From positions 5,461 through 69,460 of the forward strand of contig JAGBGT010000011.1 of NCBI GenBank assembly GCA_017935865.1: 64,000 bases of DNA, in the 5' to 3' direction. The notes below the pieces were generated by a model. It was not told where the DNA came from. It was given only the letters and a program-made list of their open reading frames with translations, and searched no databases. The DNA is from Ruminococcus sp. GTDB taxonomy: Bacteria; Bacillota; Clostridia; Oscillospirales; Ruminococcaceae. Shown piece by piece: positions 37,368-47,486 of the stretch. The position numbers were made by a program, and so were the translations under genes. The number at the start of each line of letters is the position of its first letter. Position 1 is the stretch's first letter.

Positions 37368-37750
37368 GGAAAATAATTCACAATTCATTAATAGTTAGCT
37401 TATCACGGCTATTTGGGAAATTTTTTCCGTTGTGCAAAACGCGCAAAAAATGCCCGAGCTGTTTATATAAAACACCAAAAAAGAATATAACCTATTTACT
37501 TTTTCGGAGACCTGTTATATAATAAAATCATGAATAAATATAGGAATTGGGATCTAATCTCATCACGGCAGTGTGATGCGTCTTATGGTGAGACCGCTGC
37601 GGTGCGGAGGGTCATCATCCACCGCCGGGATTTGTTCATGCGCGGATTCACAGGTCAGCGGTCGGGAATGCCGCAAATTAAGACATGATATAATAAAAGG
37701 GGCACAAGTTCCTTTGTTATATAACAATTCATGAAGAAGGAGGAAAAAAC

Positions 37751-38578
37751 ATGAAGACAAAAAAGATAGTCACAGGAGCAATGGCAGCAGCAATGCTCTC
37801 ACTTTCCATCTGCTCACTCATGCCCGCAGCGGCTGCCGGCGAAACAGTGCAGATATCCGTTAGCAGCACAGAGGCTGAGGCAGGAGGGCAGTTTACAGTG
37901 GAGGTGTCACTGGCTGACATTCCGACAACCGGTATACAGGTTCTGAATTTCTCACTTGATTACGATGAGACAGTTCTCACAATCGACAAGGTAGAGGCAG
38001 GCAAGATTACCGACAACGGAGTCGGCGGAAGCGATCCATCAACCGTTGCACTCGACAACTTCAACAGCATTATCGACAATACAAAGGGTCTTGCAGCTCT
38101 TATGTGGACAACATCCCTCGAGGATTCCACTTACTGGCTGAAGGGCGAGGGAGTATTTTGTACGGTAACAGGTACTGTTGCAGCAGGCGCAGCGGACGGC
38201 GAGTATAAAATCAACATCGTTCCTACAGAACGCGAAACTTCTACCGGTTCAGGCGTAATGAACGACGAGATCGACTGCGGTTACCTCAAGGACGGCAAGA
38301 AGGTTCCCTACGGCGTAAGCCAGACGGCAGGAACTGTAAAGATCGGCAAGCAGACTACAACAGGCGGTGTGTCAAATCTCAGAGGCGACGCTAACGTCGA
38401 CGGCGTAGTAGATATTGCTGATGCAACTCTCGTTCTTCAGGTGCTGGGCAACGGCGACAAGTACAAGTTGTCAGAAGCCGGAGCAAAAAATGCAGACGTT
38501 GCAGAGCCTGCAGGAATTACTGCTCTTGACTCACTGGAGATCCAGAAATACGACGCTAAAGTGATCGATAAGCTGTGA
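37751..38578 (+). CDS. scaC: Adaptor scaffoldin ScaC (signal peptide, one cohesin, dockerin)
   Basis: Cohesin fold motifs (AGGQFTVEVSLADIP, F.LDYD, F..VTGTV); dockerin GDANVDGVVDIADA...NADV...GITALD; first gene of the sca cluster. Confidence 0.85.
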   Translation: MKTKKIVTGAMAAAMLSLSICSLMPAAAAGETVQISVSSTEAEAGGQFTVEVSLADIPTTGIQVLNFSLDYDETVLTIDKVEAGKITDNGVGGSDPSTVALDNFNSIIDNTKGLAALMWTTSLEDSTYWLKGEGVFCTVTGTVAAGAADGEYKINIVPTERETSTGSGVMNDEIDCGYLKDGKKVPYGVSQTAGTVKIGKQTTTGGVSNLRGDANVDGVVDIADATLVLQVLGNGDKYKLSEAGAKNADVAEPAGITALDSLEIQKYDAKVIDKL

Positions 38579-38688
38579 TCGGTCAAATGCTCAAAGATTA
38601 TCTGATTTGTCCCCCTTACAAAGGAATACAAACCCAATTTATAAGTTATTAATAGGCGTAAAAACCTAAAAGAAAGGAATTATTACAA

Positions 38689-40443
38689 ATGAAGAAACTG
38701 ATTTCTGCAGCTTCAGCACTGGCGATGGCTGCATCAATGGTAGGCGCAGCTGTTCCTTTTGCAACAGGTGCTGCTGACGCAAGCAAGGGCTTCGAGCTTA
38801 GAGTTTTCGAGAACCCTGACGGCACAACACCCAGCACAACGATCACTGCTGACCAGATCGCAGCAGGCGACGTTACTATCCCTGTCGGCGTATACCTCGT
38901 AGAGTCTGCAGCAGATTCACAGGGCATCTCCGCAATGTGGACTGTTAACTCCAAGGACGGCGACGCTACAAACACAAACGTAACTTTCACAAGCCACAAT
39001 GTTGGCACAAAGTACTTCGATGAGCCCCGTATTGTAACAACCGATAAGGATTACAAGACGGATATGATCATTGGCTTCGCAGGCACACTTTCTTCCGGAA
39101 GAGTTGGCGTTACATTCACAGCTCACGGCCGCGGACAGTACGGCGTTGATACAAAGCAGGATACATGGGGAATCGCTGACCGCGCATACGGTTCAGCTAT
39201 CTGGACAAAGCCTGCTACATCCGGTTACACATGGACCGGCAGCACATCCGATGCTTTCCCGATGTTCGTTTTCGACGTAACATTCAAGAAGGGCACACCG
39301 GCTGGTACTTACAGCATTGATTTCCTTGATCAGCTCAAGACAGGCAGCACAGAGATCTGGTCTACAATGATCGAGAGCTCTACAAACTACAATCCTACTG
39401 CCGGCAACCTCAATCTCAAGAACCTTGAGATCAAGATCGAGGGCGAGTCTGTTCCTCCTACGACAACAGCTACACCCCCTGTAACAACGGCTACACCTCC
39501 TGTTACAACGGCTGTTACACCTCCTGTTACAACAGCTACACCTCCTACAACAACAACTCCCGGCGAAGGCGATCCCTGGCAGAACGATCCCATCAACAAA
39601 GACTTCAAGATCGTTGGCGAGGTATGCAAATACGATGAAGACTGGAACAGATCTACAGAATACAAGCCCGGCGATACTGTAACAGTAGAGTTCATCCTCC
39701 AGGATTCACTGAACAAGAAGGCAACAACTCTTGCTGCTATCCCGCAGACAGACGAGGCATTCAATAAAGCAGGTCTTAAGCTTGAAATGACAGATAACCT
39801 CGATTATACTTCTGATCCGAAGGCAAACTGGACTCTTACAGGTGAGACATACTACTGCTACAGAATGGACAGCGCACAGGATCCTACCGGTTTCGCGGAG
39901 GGCGAGGCAATCATCTCCTTCAACGTAGAGCTTCCTGCTGATCTGGCACCCGGAGATTACGTTGTAGATATGTACAGATTTACTGTTGTTGAGCAGACAG
40001 ATCCTAAGGTTGCATTCAGACCCGGCGTAACACCTGCTGTAATCCACGTTGACGGAAAAGTTCCTCCTGTAACAACAGAGGCACCTCCTGTAACAACAAA
40101 GGCGCCTGTTACAACAGCTACAACGGCTGTTAAACCTCCTGTAACAACAGCTACACCTCCTACAACAACAGTTGCACCTGGCTCACCTCTCTACGGCGAT
40201 GCTAACGATGACAAGAAGGTTGACATTGCTGACGTAGTTGTTCTCAACAAGTGGATCAACGACAATAAGGCTTACAACCTCACACCTCAGGGCAAGCTTA
40301 ATGCTGACTGCTGCGATCCTAAGGGCGGCGACGACATCAACCAGAACGACTCTGACGCTATCATCATGAGCATTGTTCACCTTGTAAAGGACGCTGACGG
40401 AAACGCAAAGGCACTTCCTTATACAGCTGCTGACCTTAAGTAA
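38689..40443 (+). CDS. scaA: Scaffoldin ScaA (N-terminal module, cohesin, Thr/Pro linkers, C-terminal dockerin)
   Basis: PPVTTA linkers; dockerin YGDANDDKKVDIADVVVLNKW...NADC; position after scaC. Confidence 0.85.
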   Translation: MKKLISAASALAMAASMVGAAVPFATGAADASKGFELRVFENPDGTTPSTTITADQIAAGDVTIPVGVYLVESAADSQGISAMWTVNSKDGDATNTNVTFTSHNVGTKYFDEPRIVTTDKDYKTDMIIGFAGTLSSGRVGVTFTAHGRGQYGVDTKQDTWGIADRAYGSAIWTKPATSGYTWTGSTSDAFPMFVFDVTFKKGTPAGTYSIDFLDQLKTGSTEIWSTMIESSTNYNPTAGNLNLKNLEIKIEGESVPPTTTATPPVTTATPPVTTAVTPPVTTATPPTTTTPGEGDPWQNDPINKDFKIVGEVCKYDEDWNRSTEYKPGDTVTVEFILQDSLNKKATTLAAIPQTDEAFNKAGLKLEMTDNLDYTSDPKANWTLTGETYYCYRMDSAQDPTGFAEGEAIISFNVELPADLAPGDYVVDMYRFTVVEQTDPKVAFRPGVTPAVIHVDGKVPPVTTEAPPVTTKAPVTTATTAVKPPVTTATPPTTTVAPGSPLYGDANDDKKVDIADVVVLNKWINDNKAYNLTPQGKLNADCCDPKGGDDINQNDSDAIIMSIVHLVKDADGNAKALPYTAADLK

Positions 40444-40496
40444 TCGGTTACTGTAATACCGAAATAGAGCATTAAGCTCGGAAAGGAAATGCACAA

Positions 40497-43400
40497 ATGA
40501 AGAAACTGCTTTCGGCAGTTACGTCCTTAGTCATGAGCGCTTCGTTCGTGACAAGTGCATTTGCTTCATCCATTACCGTTAGTGCTGCCGGCGGCTCAAC
40601 CGCTGTGCAGCCTAACGTTAGTATGGGGGAAGCGCTGGGCGAAACTGTCAATAAGAATGACGATACCACGGATGATGTGTGGCGCAGTGATCCTTTGAAC
40701 AACGACTTCAAGATTGTCGGCGAGGTATGCAAATACGATGCCGACTGGAACAGATCTACGGAATACAAGGCCGGCGATACTGTAACTATAGAGTTTATTC
40801 TTCAGGATTCACTGGACAAAACAGCGACAACTATTGCCGCTATCCCGAGGGTCGATGCGGCATTCAATGCAGCAGGTCTTGAACTTGTAATGGAAGATAA
40901 CCTCGATTATACTTCCGACCCGAAGGCAAACTGGACTCTTACAGGCGAGACATACTACTGCTACAGAATGAACGATAAACTGGATCCTACTCCTTTCAAG
41001 GAGGGCGAGGCGCTCATCTCTTTCAACGTAAAGCTTCCTGCCGATCTGGCAGCCGGAGATTATACTGTTGATCTGGAGAGATTTTCAGTTTTCGAGCAGA
41101 CTGACCCTAAGATTGCTTTCAGAACTGAGGCGAAGCCTGCTGTTATCCACATCGAGGGAGAAGTTCCTCCCGTAACAACGAAAGCTCCTGTGACAACAGC
41201 AGCTCCCGTAACAACAAAAGCTCCTGTAACAACAAAAGCTCCTGTAACAACAAAAGCTCCCGTAACAACAAAAGCTCCAGTAACAACGGCTGCTCCTGTA
41301 ACTACAGAGGACGACGCCTGGAGAAAGGATCCTGTTAACAACGGCTTCAAGATCGTTGGCGAGGTATGCAAATACGATGAAGACTGGAACAGATCCACAG
41401 AATACAAGCCCGGCGACAAGGTAACTGTTGAGTTTATTCTTAAAGATTCACTCGATAAGAATGCAACAACTCTTGCAGCTATCCCCAAGACCGACGAGGC
41501 ATTCAAGGCAGCAGGTCTTGAACTTGTAATGGAAGATAACCTTGATTATACTTCCGACCCGAAGGCAAACTGGACTCTTACAGGTGAGACATACTACTGC
41601 TACAGAATGGACAGCGCTCAGGATCCTACTCCTTTCACGGAGAACGAGGCGATCATCTCCTTCAGCGTACAGCTTCCTGCCGATCTGGCACCCGGAGACT
41701 ACGCTGTAGACATGGAGAGATTTACGGTTGTTGAGCAGACAGATCCTAAGGTAGCATTCAGACCTAATGTAACACCTGCTATCATCCACGTTGACGGAGA
41801 AGTGCCTCCTGTAACAACAGCCGCTCCTCCTGTAACAACAGCAACTCCTCCCGTTGTAACAACGGCAGCTCCTGCTGACGGTGAAGTAACATGGGTAATT
41901 CCCGAGGTTGACGGTACACCCGGCGAGCCTGTTACAATGGATATCTACGTTGACGGAGCAAGCAACCTTGCAGTAGCAGGCGCATCCTATAGCATCGTGC
42001 CCGGCGCAATGGCAAAGGCTACAGGTGTAAATGCAGCAAGCGCAGCATACGGCAGCGCTAAGATTTTCGGAAACATCGCTGATAACGAGTATGGTTGGGC
42101 TCAGGCAGCAGGTCAGGGCTCAGCAGCAGCCGATAAGGCAGTTATCATGAGCGTAACGTTCATGGTAGACGAGAACGCTACAGAGGATATTCCTGTAACA
42201 TGGGATAACCTGGTAGTATCCGATACAAACGGAAACATCATTACCGAAAAGGTAACAGTAAAGCCCGGTAAGATCCGTATTCCTAAGGTAACAACATCTA
42301 CAACAACAGCTCCTGCAACAGAAGCTACAACTACAACAACAGCTCCTGCAACAGCGGCTACAACAACTACAACAGCTCCTGCAACAGAGGCTACAACGAC
42401 AACAACAGCTCCTGCAACAGAGGCTACAACAACAACAACAGCTCCTGCAACAGAGGCTACAACTACAACAACAGCTCCTGTAACAACAGTTACTACGACT
42501 GTAACAACTGCACCTCCTCCGGCTGACGGAACTGCTGACTGGGTAATTCCTACAGTTACAGGTATTCCCGGACAGCCCGTTACAATGGATATTTACGTAT
42601 ACGGTGACACGAATCTCGCTGTTGCCGGTGCATCCTACGGCATCGTTCCCGCTTCCGATATGGCAGTAGCCAGCGGCGTAGGCGAGACAAGCGCTGCTTA
42701 CGGCAATGCTAAGATCTTCGGAAATATCGACACTAACGAGTATGCTTGGGCACAGGCCAACGGCGCAGGCTCAGGTGCAACAAACGGCGCGATTATCATG
42801 AGTGTAACATTCATGGTTGATGAGAACGCTACAGAGGATATTCCCGTAAACTGGGCTAACGCAGTTATCTCGGATACAAACGGATATATCATCACAGAAA
42901 AGGTTACTCTCACAAATGGTCTTATCAAGATCGTTAAGCCTGAGACGACAACAACCACAACAACAGCTCCTGCAACAGAAGCTACAACAACAACAACTGT
43001 AGCACCTCCTGCTACGGAGACTACAACAACTACAGCTCCTGCAACAGAGACAACAACTACTACAACAGTAGCACCTCCTGTTACAGAAACTACAACTACA
43101 ACAGCTCCTGTAACAACAGCTACAACTACAACTACAGCTCCCGTTACAATTCCGAAGGGCCATATCGCTTGGAAGATCAGCAACGGCGAGGGTCTCCCCG
43201 GACAGACAGTTACACTTACAATGACAGTAGTAGTTCCTGATGGAACAGAACTGCCTGTAAGCGGCGGTCAGTTTGTACTCATCACTGATCCTGAGATCAT
43301 TGAAGCGCTGGGTACACCTTACGGTTCAAAACTGTTCTACAACCCTGATACACATGAGTTTGCGTTCGGCAGTCCCAACGGATCTCTTGTTGACAGCGTA

Positions 43401-44525
43401 GACGGTGCTGAGATGATGACTCTGACATTCAAGATTCCTGGTGACGCAGTTCCCGGAACAGAGTACAGGGTTGACTTCAGCAAGCTCAAGGTAACAGGAT
43501 TCGACGGCGAGGATATCACTGAGTTCGTTGACGGTCAGGGCGGTATCATCAAGGTTCTCCAGCCTGAGACTACAACAACAACTACTGTAACAGCATCTAC
43601 AGAAAAACCAGCAACAGAAACAAGCACAACAGCAGCTCCTGCAACAGAAACAAGCACAACTGCTGCTCCTTCAACTGAAACAAGCACGACTGCTGCGCCT
43701 GGTACAGAAACAACAACCACATCGACTGGAGTAGTTCTGCCCGTTTCTGCTACTACAACAACAACGACAACACCTTCGCCCTCAATAAGCGTATTCGCTA
43801 AGGTAAAGGTTGTTGACGGATTCTACTTCAGCCACGACCCAAGACCGCTCAAGAAGGGCCATGTACAGGCACCTGCTGAGAAGATCACTTACGTTGACGC
43901 TGACGGCAACGATGTAACAGAGGACTTCGACCTTTCTAAGGTATCATTCAAGGAAGTGAACTCCGGTTCTGACATTCCTGAGAAGATCTTCGTTAAACCT
44001 GCTGAGGGCGTAGCTCCCACATACGAGAACTTTGCATACAAGGTAAACGTTTACTACGACGGACTGCCTGTCGTGATCGACGAAGATGGCACACCTGCTC
44101 AGTTTACGGCTTACATTGGTGTAAAGGGTGATAACGACTTCAACCTGAAGGCTGACGCATCCGACGCATCGAACTGCCTTGTATACTACTCAAGAGTATC
44201 CACACTTCCTGAGGGAACAAATCTGGATGATATCAACAATGCAAGACTTGCACCTACAGCAAATGCACTTGTAAATGCTCATCCTGACCTTGATATGTTC
44301 GGCGCATTCCTGTCAGACGTAGACCTCGATGTTTACAGTGCTGATAACTGGAAGAAGACAAAGAACACTCGTAAGATCGACGCTTCCGACGCAAGCTGGA
44401 TCCAGGTATTCTATGCACGTGTATCTACTGGTGTAGTATCACATGAAGCATGGAACATCGCACTGGCTAATGAAAATAGAGGCGAAAAGTTCGACGAATA
44501 TGTGGCTAACGGCACAGAGCAGTAA
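40497..44525 (+). CDS. scaB: Scaffoldin ScaB (five cohesin-like modules, C-terminal X-dockerin)
   Basis: Repeated ~150-aa modules separated by Thr-rich linkers; XDoc GFYFSHD...AYIGVKGD...ADASDAS. Confidence 0.88.
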   Translation: MKKLLSAVTSLVMSASFVTSAFASSITVSAAGGSTAVQPNVSMGEALGETVNKNDDTTDDVWRSDPLNNDFKIVGEVCKYDADWNRSTEYKAGDTVTIEFILQDSLDKTATTIAAIPRVDAAFNAAGLELVMEDNLDYTSDPKANWTLTGETYYCYRMNDKLDPTPFKEGEALISFNVKLPADLAAGDYTVDLERFSVFEQTDPKIAFRTEAKPAVIHIEGEVPPVTTKAPVTTAAPVTTKAPVTTKAPVTTKAPVTTKAPVTTAAPVTTEDDAWRKDPVNNGFKIVGEVCKYDEDWNRSTEYKPGDKVTVEFILKDSLDKNATTLAAIPKTDEAFKAAGLELVMEDNLDYTSDPKANWTLTGETYYCYRMDSAQDPTPFTENEAIISFSVQLPADLAPGDYAVDMERFTVVEQTDPKVAFRPNVTPAIIHVDGEVPPVTTAAPPVTTATPPVVTTAAPADGEVTWVIPEVDGTPGEPVTMDIYVDGASNLAVAGASYSIVPGAMAKATGVNAASAAYGSAKIFGNIADNEYGWAQAAGQGSAAADKAVIMSVTFMVDENATEDIPVTWDNLVVSDTNGNIITEKVTVKPGKIRIPKVTTSTTTAPATEATTTTTAPATAATTTTTAPATEATTTTTAPATEATTTTTAPATEATTTTTAPVTTVTTTVTTAPPPADGTADWVIPTVTGIPGQPVTMDIYVYGDTNLAVAGASYGIVPASDMAVASGVGETSAAYGNAKIFGNIDTNEYAWAQANGAGSGATNGAIIMSVTFMVDENATEDIPVNWANAVISDTNGYIITEKVTLTNGLIKIVKPETTTTTTTAPATEATTTTTVAPPATETTTTTAPATETTTTTTVAPPVTETTTTTAPVTTATTTTTAPVTIPKGHIAWKISNGEGLPGQTVTLTMTVVVPDGTELPVSGGQFVLITDPEIIEALGTPYGSKLFYNPDTHEFAFGSPNGSLVDSVDGAEMMTLTFKIPGDAVPGTEYRVDFSKLKVTGFDGEDITEFVDGQGGIIKVLQPETTTTTTVTASTEKPATETSTTAAPATETSTTAAPSTETSTTAAPGTETTTTSTGVVLPVSATTTTTTTPSPSISVFAKVKVVDGFYFSHDPRPLKKGHVQAPAEKITYVDADGNDVTEDFDLSKVSFKEVNSGSDIPEKIFVKPAEGVAPTYENFAYKVNVYYDGLPVVIDEDGTPAQFTAYIGVKGDNDFNLKADASDASNCLVYYSRVSTLPEGTNLDDINNARLAPTANALVNAHPDLDMFGAFLSDVDLDVYSADNWKKTKNTRKIDASDASWIQVFYARVSTGVVSHEAWNIALANENRGEKFDEYVANGTEQ

Positions 44526-44534
44526 TATCTGCTG

Positions 44535-44565
44535 AAAAACAGGACCTTCGGGTCCTGTTTTTTTG
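44535..44565 (+). terminator. Intrinsic terminator after scaB
   Basis: AAAACAGGACC-TTCG-GGTCCTGTTTTTTT. Confidence 0.85.
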
Positions 44566-44953
44566 CGGAAAAATCCCGGACTGTACGGATTTTTGACCAT
44601 ATTCGCGCGAAATTGCCTGAGATTCCCTGTTGACAAAGGCACGGAAGCGTGATATAATGTAAACGGTGAGAGGAAGTTTTAACAGACGTCTGCGGAAAAA
44701 TTAACGTCTCGGGGAAATAATAACAGTTTATTGTGTAAAACCACCAAAAATGGGACGGATTAATCGTCAATAATTTTTTAATAAAATGCGCAGATTTCCT
44801 TGACTTATTGCAATTTGTGTGATAAAATGTAATTATGAATTTTTGGGCAAGCTGTATATTCAGGAGTCTTGTACAAAAATGTTTCCCGGACGAAGCGTGT
44901 CAGAGCGGTACGATGGCAGCCGGGAGGAAAATATGTTAGAGAGGTATAGAACG

Positions 44954-47410
44954 ATGAAGAACTCATTATTCAAGAGAGTTGTTGCGGCAGTAGCTACTGT
45001 TCCGCTTGCTCTCACACAGGGCTTGGGCGTTGCAAATGCGATCGACGTTGCCGATACTACTGTAACACTCGACGGCAGTCAGTCCGCCCTTACTTACATT
45101 GAGCCCGGCAAGCCGGCTACAGCCCAGAGCGACGGCTATGTCCAGGATAAGGAAGCAAAAACTTTTGAAAAGGTTTCCAACTGGAATCGGAGACTGTCTC
45201 TTATCCTTGCTGATATCGCAGCAGGCGACAACAAGACAGGCGTTCTCGATCTGAGCAGTGTTTACCAGACAGCTATCGACAAGTCCGGTAGGTTTTCTAC
45301 TGTAACTGCAAGCCTTATCGAGAAGATCAGCGAAGTTAAGTATGTCGTTTCCGACGAGGGCGATATTACTATCACAGCTTCGCTGGCTGATATTACTCCT
45401 ACATTCACAGCCGGCGGCTCCAACACCATCGGCGGAGCAATGAAGGATCTGGCTGAGAAGTACGGCGTTGAGGATCTCGACGTTCCCGACAATTTCTTCC
45501 AGGATGTTTTTATCGGCGGAGATCTGAAGATCGTTGTTAAGTCTTCTTCTCTGGCTACAGGCACAAAGGCTGCTGCCGAGATCTCATTCACAGATATGGC
45601 TACAGGCAAGACATACAACGGCGTTGCTGTTGTTGACTGGGCTCTCGAAAAGTTCGACCTGCTCAAGGAAACAGCTAAGTCAGCCTGCGCTGAGTACGCT
45701 TCAATGGGTCTTGACGTTGCTGACGCTGAGAAGCAGATCAACGACTCCGTTTCATTCTATGTAGACAAGCTCGAACTGGCTAAGGATTACATAGCTAAGG
45801 CTGCAACAGCTAACAGAAAAGTTAAGGATTACGGCACAGTAAGTCCTCTGATCGCCGCTGTTGATACAAAGCTTCAGGAATCTTTCGGCAGAAAGCTTCC
45901 CGGAACAACTGCTCAGGCTATTATGGCAAACAGCACAGTTGCTAACCTTTATGCAGACGTTCTTAACCAGCTCAATGAGAAGGCTGGAGCTACATCCTTT
46001 GACATCTCCGCTGCTGAGATCGGCGCATTCGCTGACAGCTTCTACGATGTTAAGGCTGGCGTAAGCGGACAGAAGGCTACATTCGAGGCTAAGTTTGCTG
46101 ACGCTGAGACTGAGGCTGCTGAGACATATCTTGAGCAGACATATGCCGGCGTTGACGTTACAAAGGTTTACAAGCAGGTAAACATTGAGATTGACTACAG
46201 CGCAGCAGCAGTAAGCGGCGGCTCTGTCCAGGTCGACATCAAGAGAGTAGCTGAGTACGACGAGGTTGCTGTTACTACAACGTCAACCACATCTACAGCA
46301 GTAACTACTACAACAACTACAGCAGCAGAACCCGGTCAGTCAACTACCACAACATCTACAGCAGTAAATCCCGGTTCAGAAACAACTACAACATCCACAG
46401 TTGTAAATCCCGGATCAGAAACAACTACAACTTCTACAGTTGTAAATCCTGGTTCAGAAACAACTACAACATCTACAGCAGTAAATCCCGGATCAGAAAC
46501 AACTACAACATCCACAGTTGTAAATCCCGGATCAGAAACAACTACAACTTCTACAGTTGTAAATCCTGGTTCAGAAACAACTACAACATCTACAGCAGTT
46601 GACCCTGCTCAGACAACTACAACTACTACTGCGCCTTCCGACCCTGTTACAGTAACTACTGAGATGGCTGTTGTAAACTTCGACCTTGAGACAAATGTAG
46701 CATTCTACTACAGCATCGACGAAGCGTTCAGCACAGATCAGATCGATACTCTCAAATACAGAGTAGACACCGAGATCATTACAATGGACGAGGACGGCAA
46801 CGTTATCAACCGCGAGCGCGTACAGGGCGGCAGAAGCATCAGCATCAGCAAGGCTAAGCTTGGCTTCGCTAAGACACCTGGCGAGATATACGACGAGAAG
46901 ATCAAGGATGCTGAGGATAAGCAGTTCTCACACAACATCGCTATCGTAGCAACTGAAGATATCACGGCTGTAAACGGCACTGTTATCGCAAAGGCTGGCG
47001 AGACACTCAAGACTCTTGAGGGCGAGGAGCTTACAATTACAGCATACGTTGGCGTAAAGGGCGACGCAGACCTTAACCTTAAGGCTGACTCTTCCGACGC
47101 TGCAACAATACTGGTTTGGTACGCAAAGACATCTACAACTCAGGACAAGAACACACTGACAAAGGTTAAGTTCAGCACTTCTCCTCTTGTAAACCTTGAA
47201 GAGGATGCTATGCTTGATGACTTCGCAGCATTCCTGGCAGACGTTAACAACGACGATGCTGATGGCAACAAGACAACTCTCAAGCACGAGAGAAAGAACG
47301 ACGCTTCTGACGCATCATTCGTTCAGGTTTACTACAGCCTTGTATCAACCGGAGGCGACCCGTCATGGACTACATGGAACAAGGTACTCCACAAGGTCGT
47401 TGAGGAATAA
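44954..47410 (+). CDS. cttA: Cellulose-binding protein CttA with X-dockerin
   Basis: MKNSLFKRVVAAVATVPLALTQ N-terminus (ATG 44954); XDoc AYVGVKGDADLN.KADSSDA; located between scaB and scaE. Confidence 0.85.
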   Translation: MKNSLFKRVVAAVATVPLALTQGLGVANAIDVADTTVTLDGSQSALTYIEPGKPATAQSDGYVQDKEAKTFEKVSNWNRRLSLILADIAAGDNKTGVLDLSSVYQTAIDKSGRFSTVTASLIEKISEVKYVVSDEGDITITASLADITPTFTAGGSNTIGGAMKDLAEKYGVEDLDVPDNFFQDVFIGGDLKIVVKSSSLATGTKAAAEISFTDMATGKTYNGVAVVDWALEKFDLLKETAKSACAEYASMGLDVADAEKQINDSVSFYVDKLELAKDYIAKAATANRKVKDYGTVSPLIAAVDTKLQESFGRKLPGTTAQAIMANSTVANLYADVLNQLNEKAGATSFDISAAEIGAFADSFYDVKAGVSGQKATFEAKFADAETEAAETYLEQTYAGVDVTKVYKQVNIEIDYSAAAVSGGSVQVDIKRVAEYDEVAVTTTSTTSTAVTTTTTTAAEPGQSTTTTSTAVNPGSETTTTSTVVNPGSETTTTSTVVNPGSETTTTSTAVNPGSETTTTSTVVNPGSETTTTSTVVNPGSETTTTSTAVDPAQTTTTTTAPSDPVTVTTEMAVVNFDLETNVAFYYSIDEAFSTDQIDTLKYRVDTEIITMDEDGNVINRERVQGGRSISISKAKLGFAKTPGEIYDEKIKDAEDKQFSHNIAIVATEDITAVNGTVIAKAGETLKTLEGEELTITAYVGVKGDADLNLKADSSDAATILVWYAKTSTTQDKNTLTKVKFSTSPLVNLEEDAMLDDFAAFLADVNNDDADGNKTTLKHERKNDASDASFVQVYYSLVSTGGDPSWTTWNKVLHKVVEE
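46364..46598 (+). repeat. Six 39-bp coding tandem repeats (VNPGSETTTTST[AV]) in the cttA linker
   Basis: Direct head-to-tail in-frame repeats. Confidence 0.85.
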
Positions 47411-47486
47411 TCTTACACAATGTCAATCTGCCGTCCAAAGCGGCGGCAGATAACATATAAAAATTATCTGAAAGGAAAATACTAAA

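Noticed and set aside
42290-46600. Regular direct repeats in scaB and cttA as a possible CRISPR array or VNTR locus
   Set aside because: They are in-frame Thr/Pro linker repeats with no unique spacers, and no cas genes are in the window
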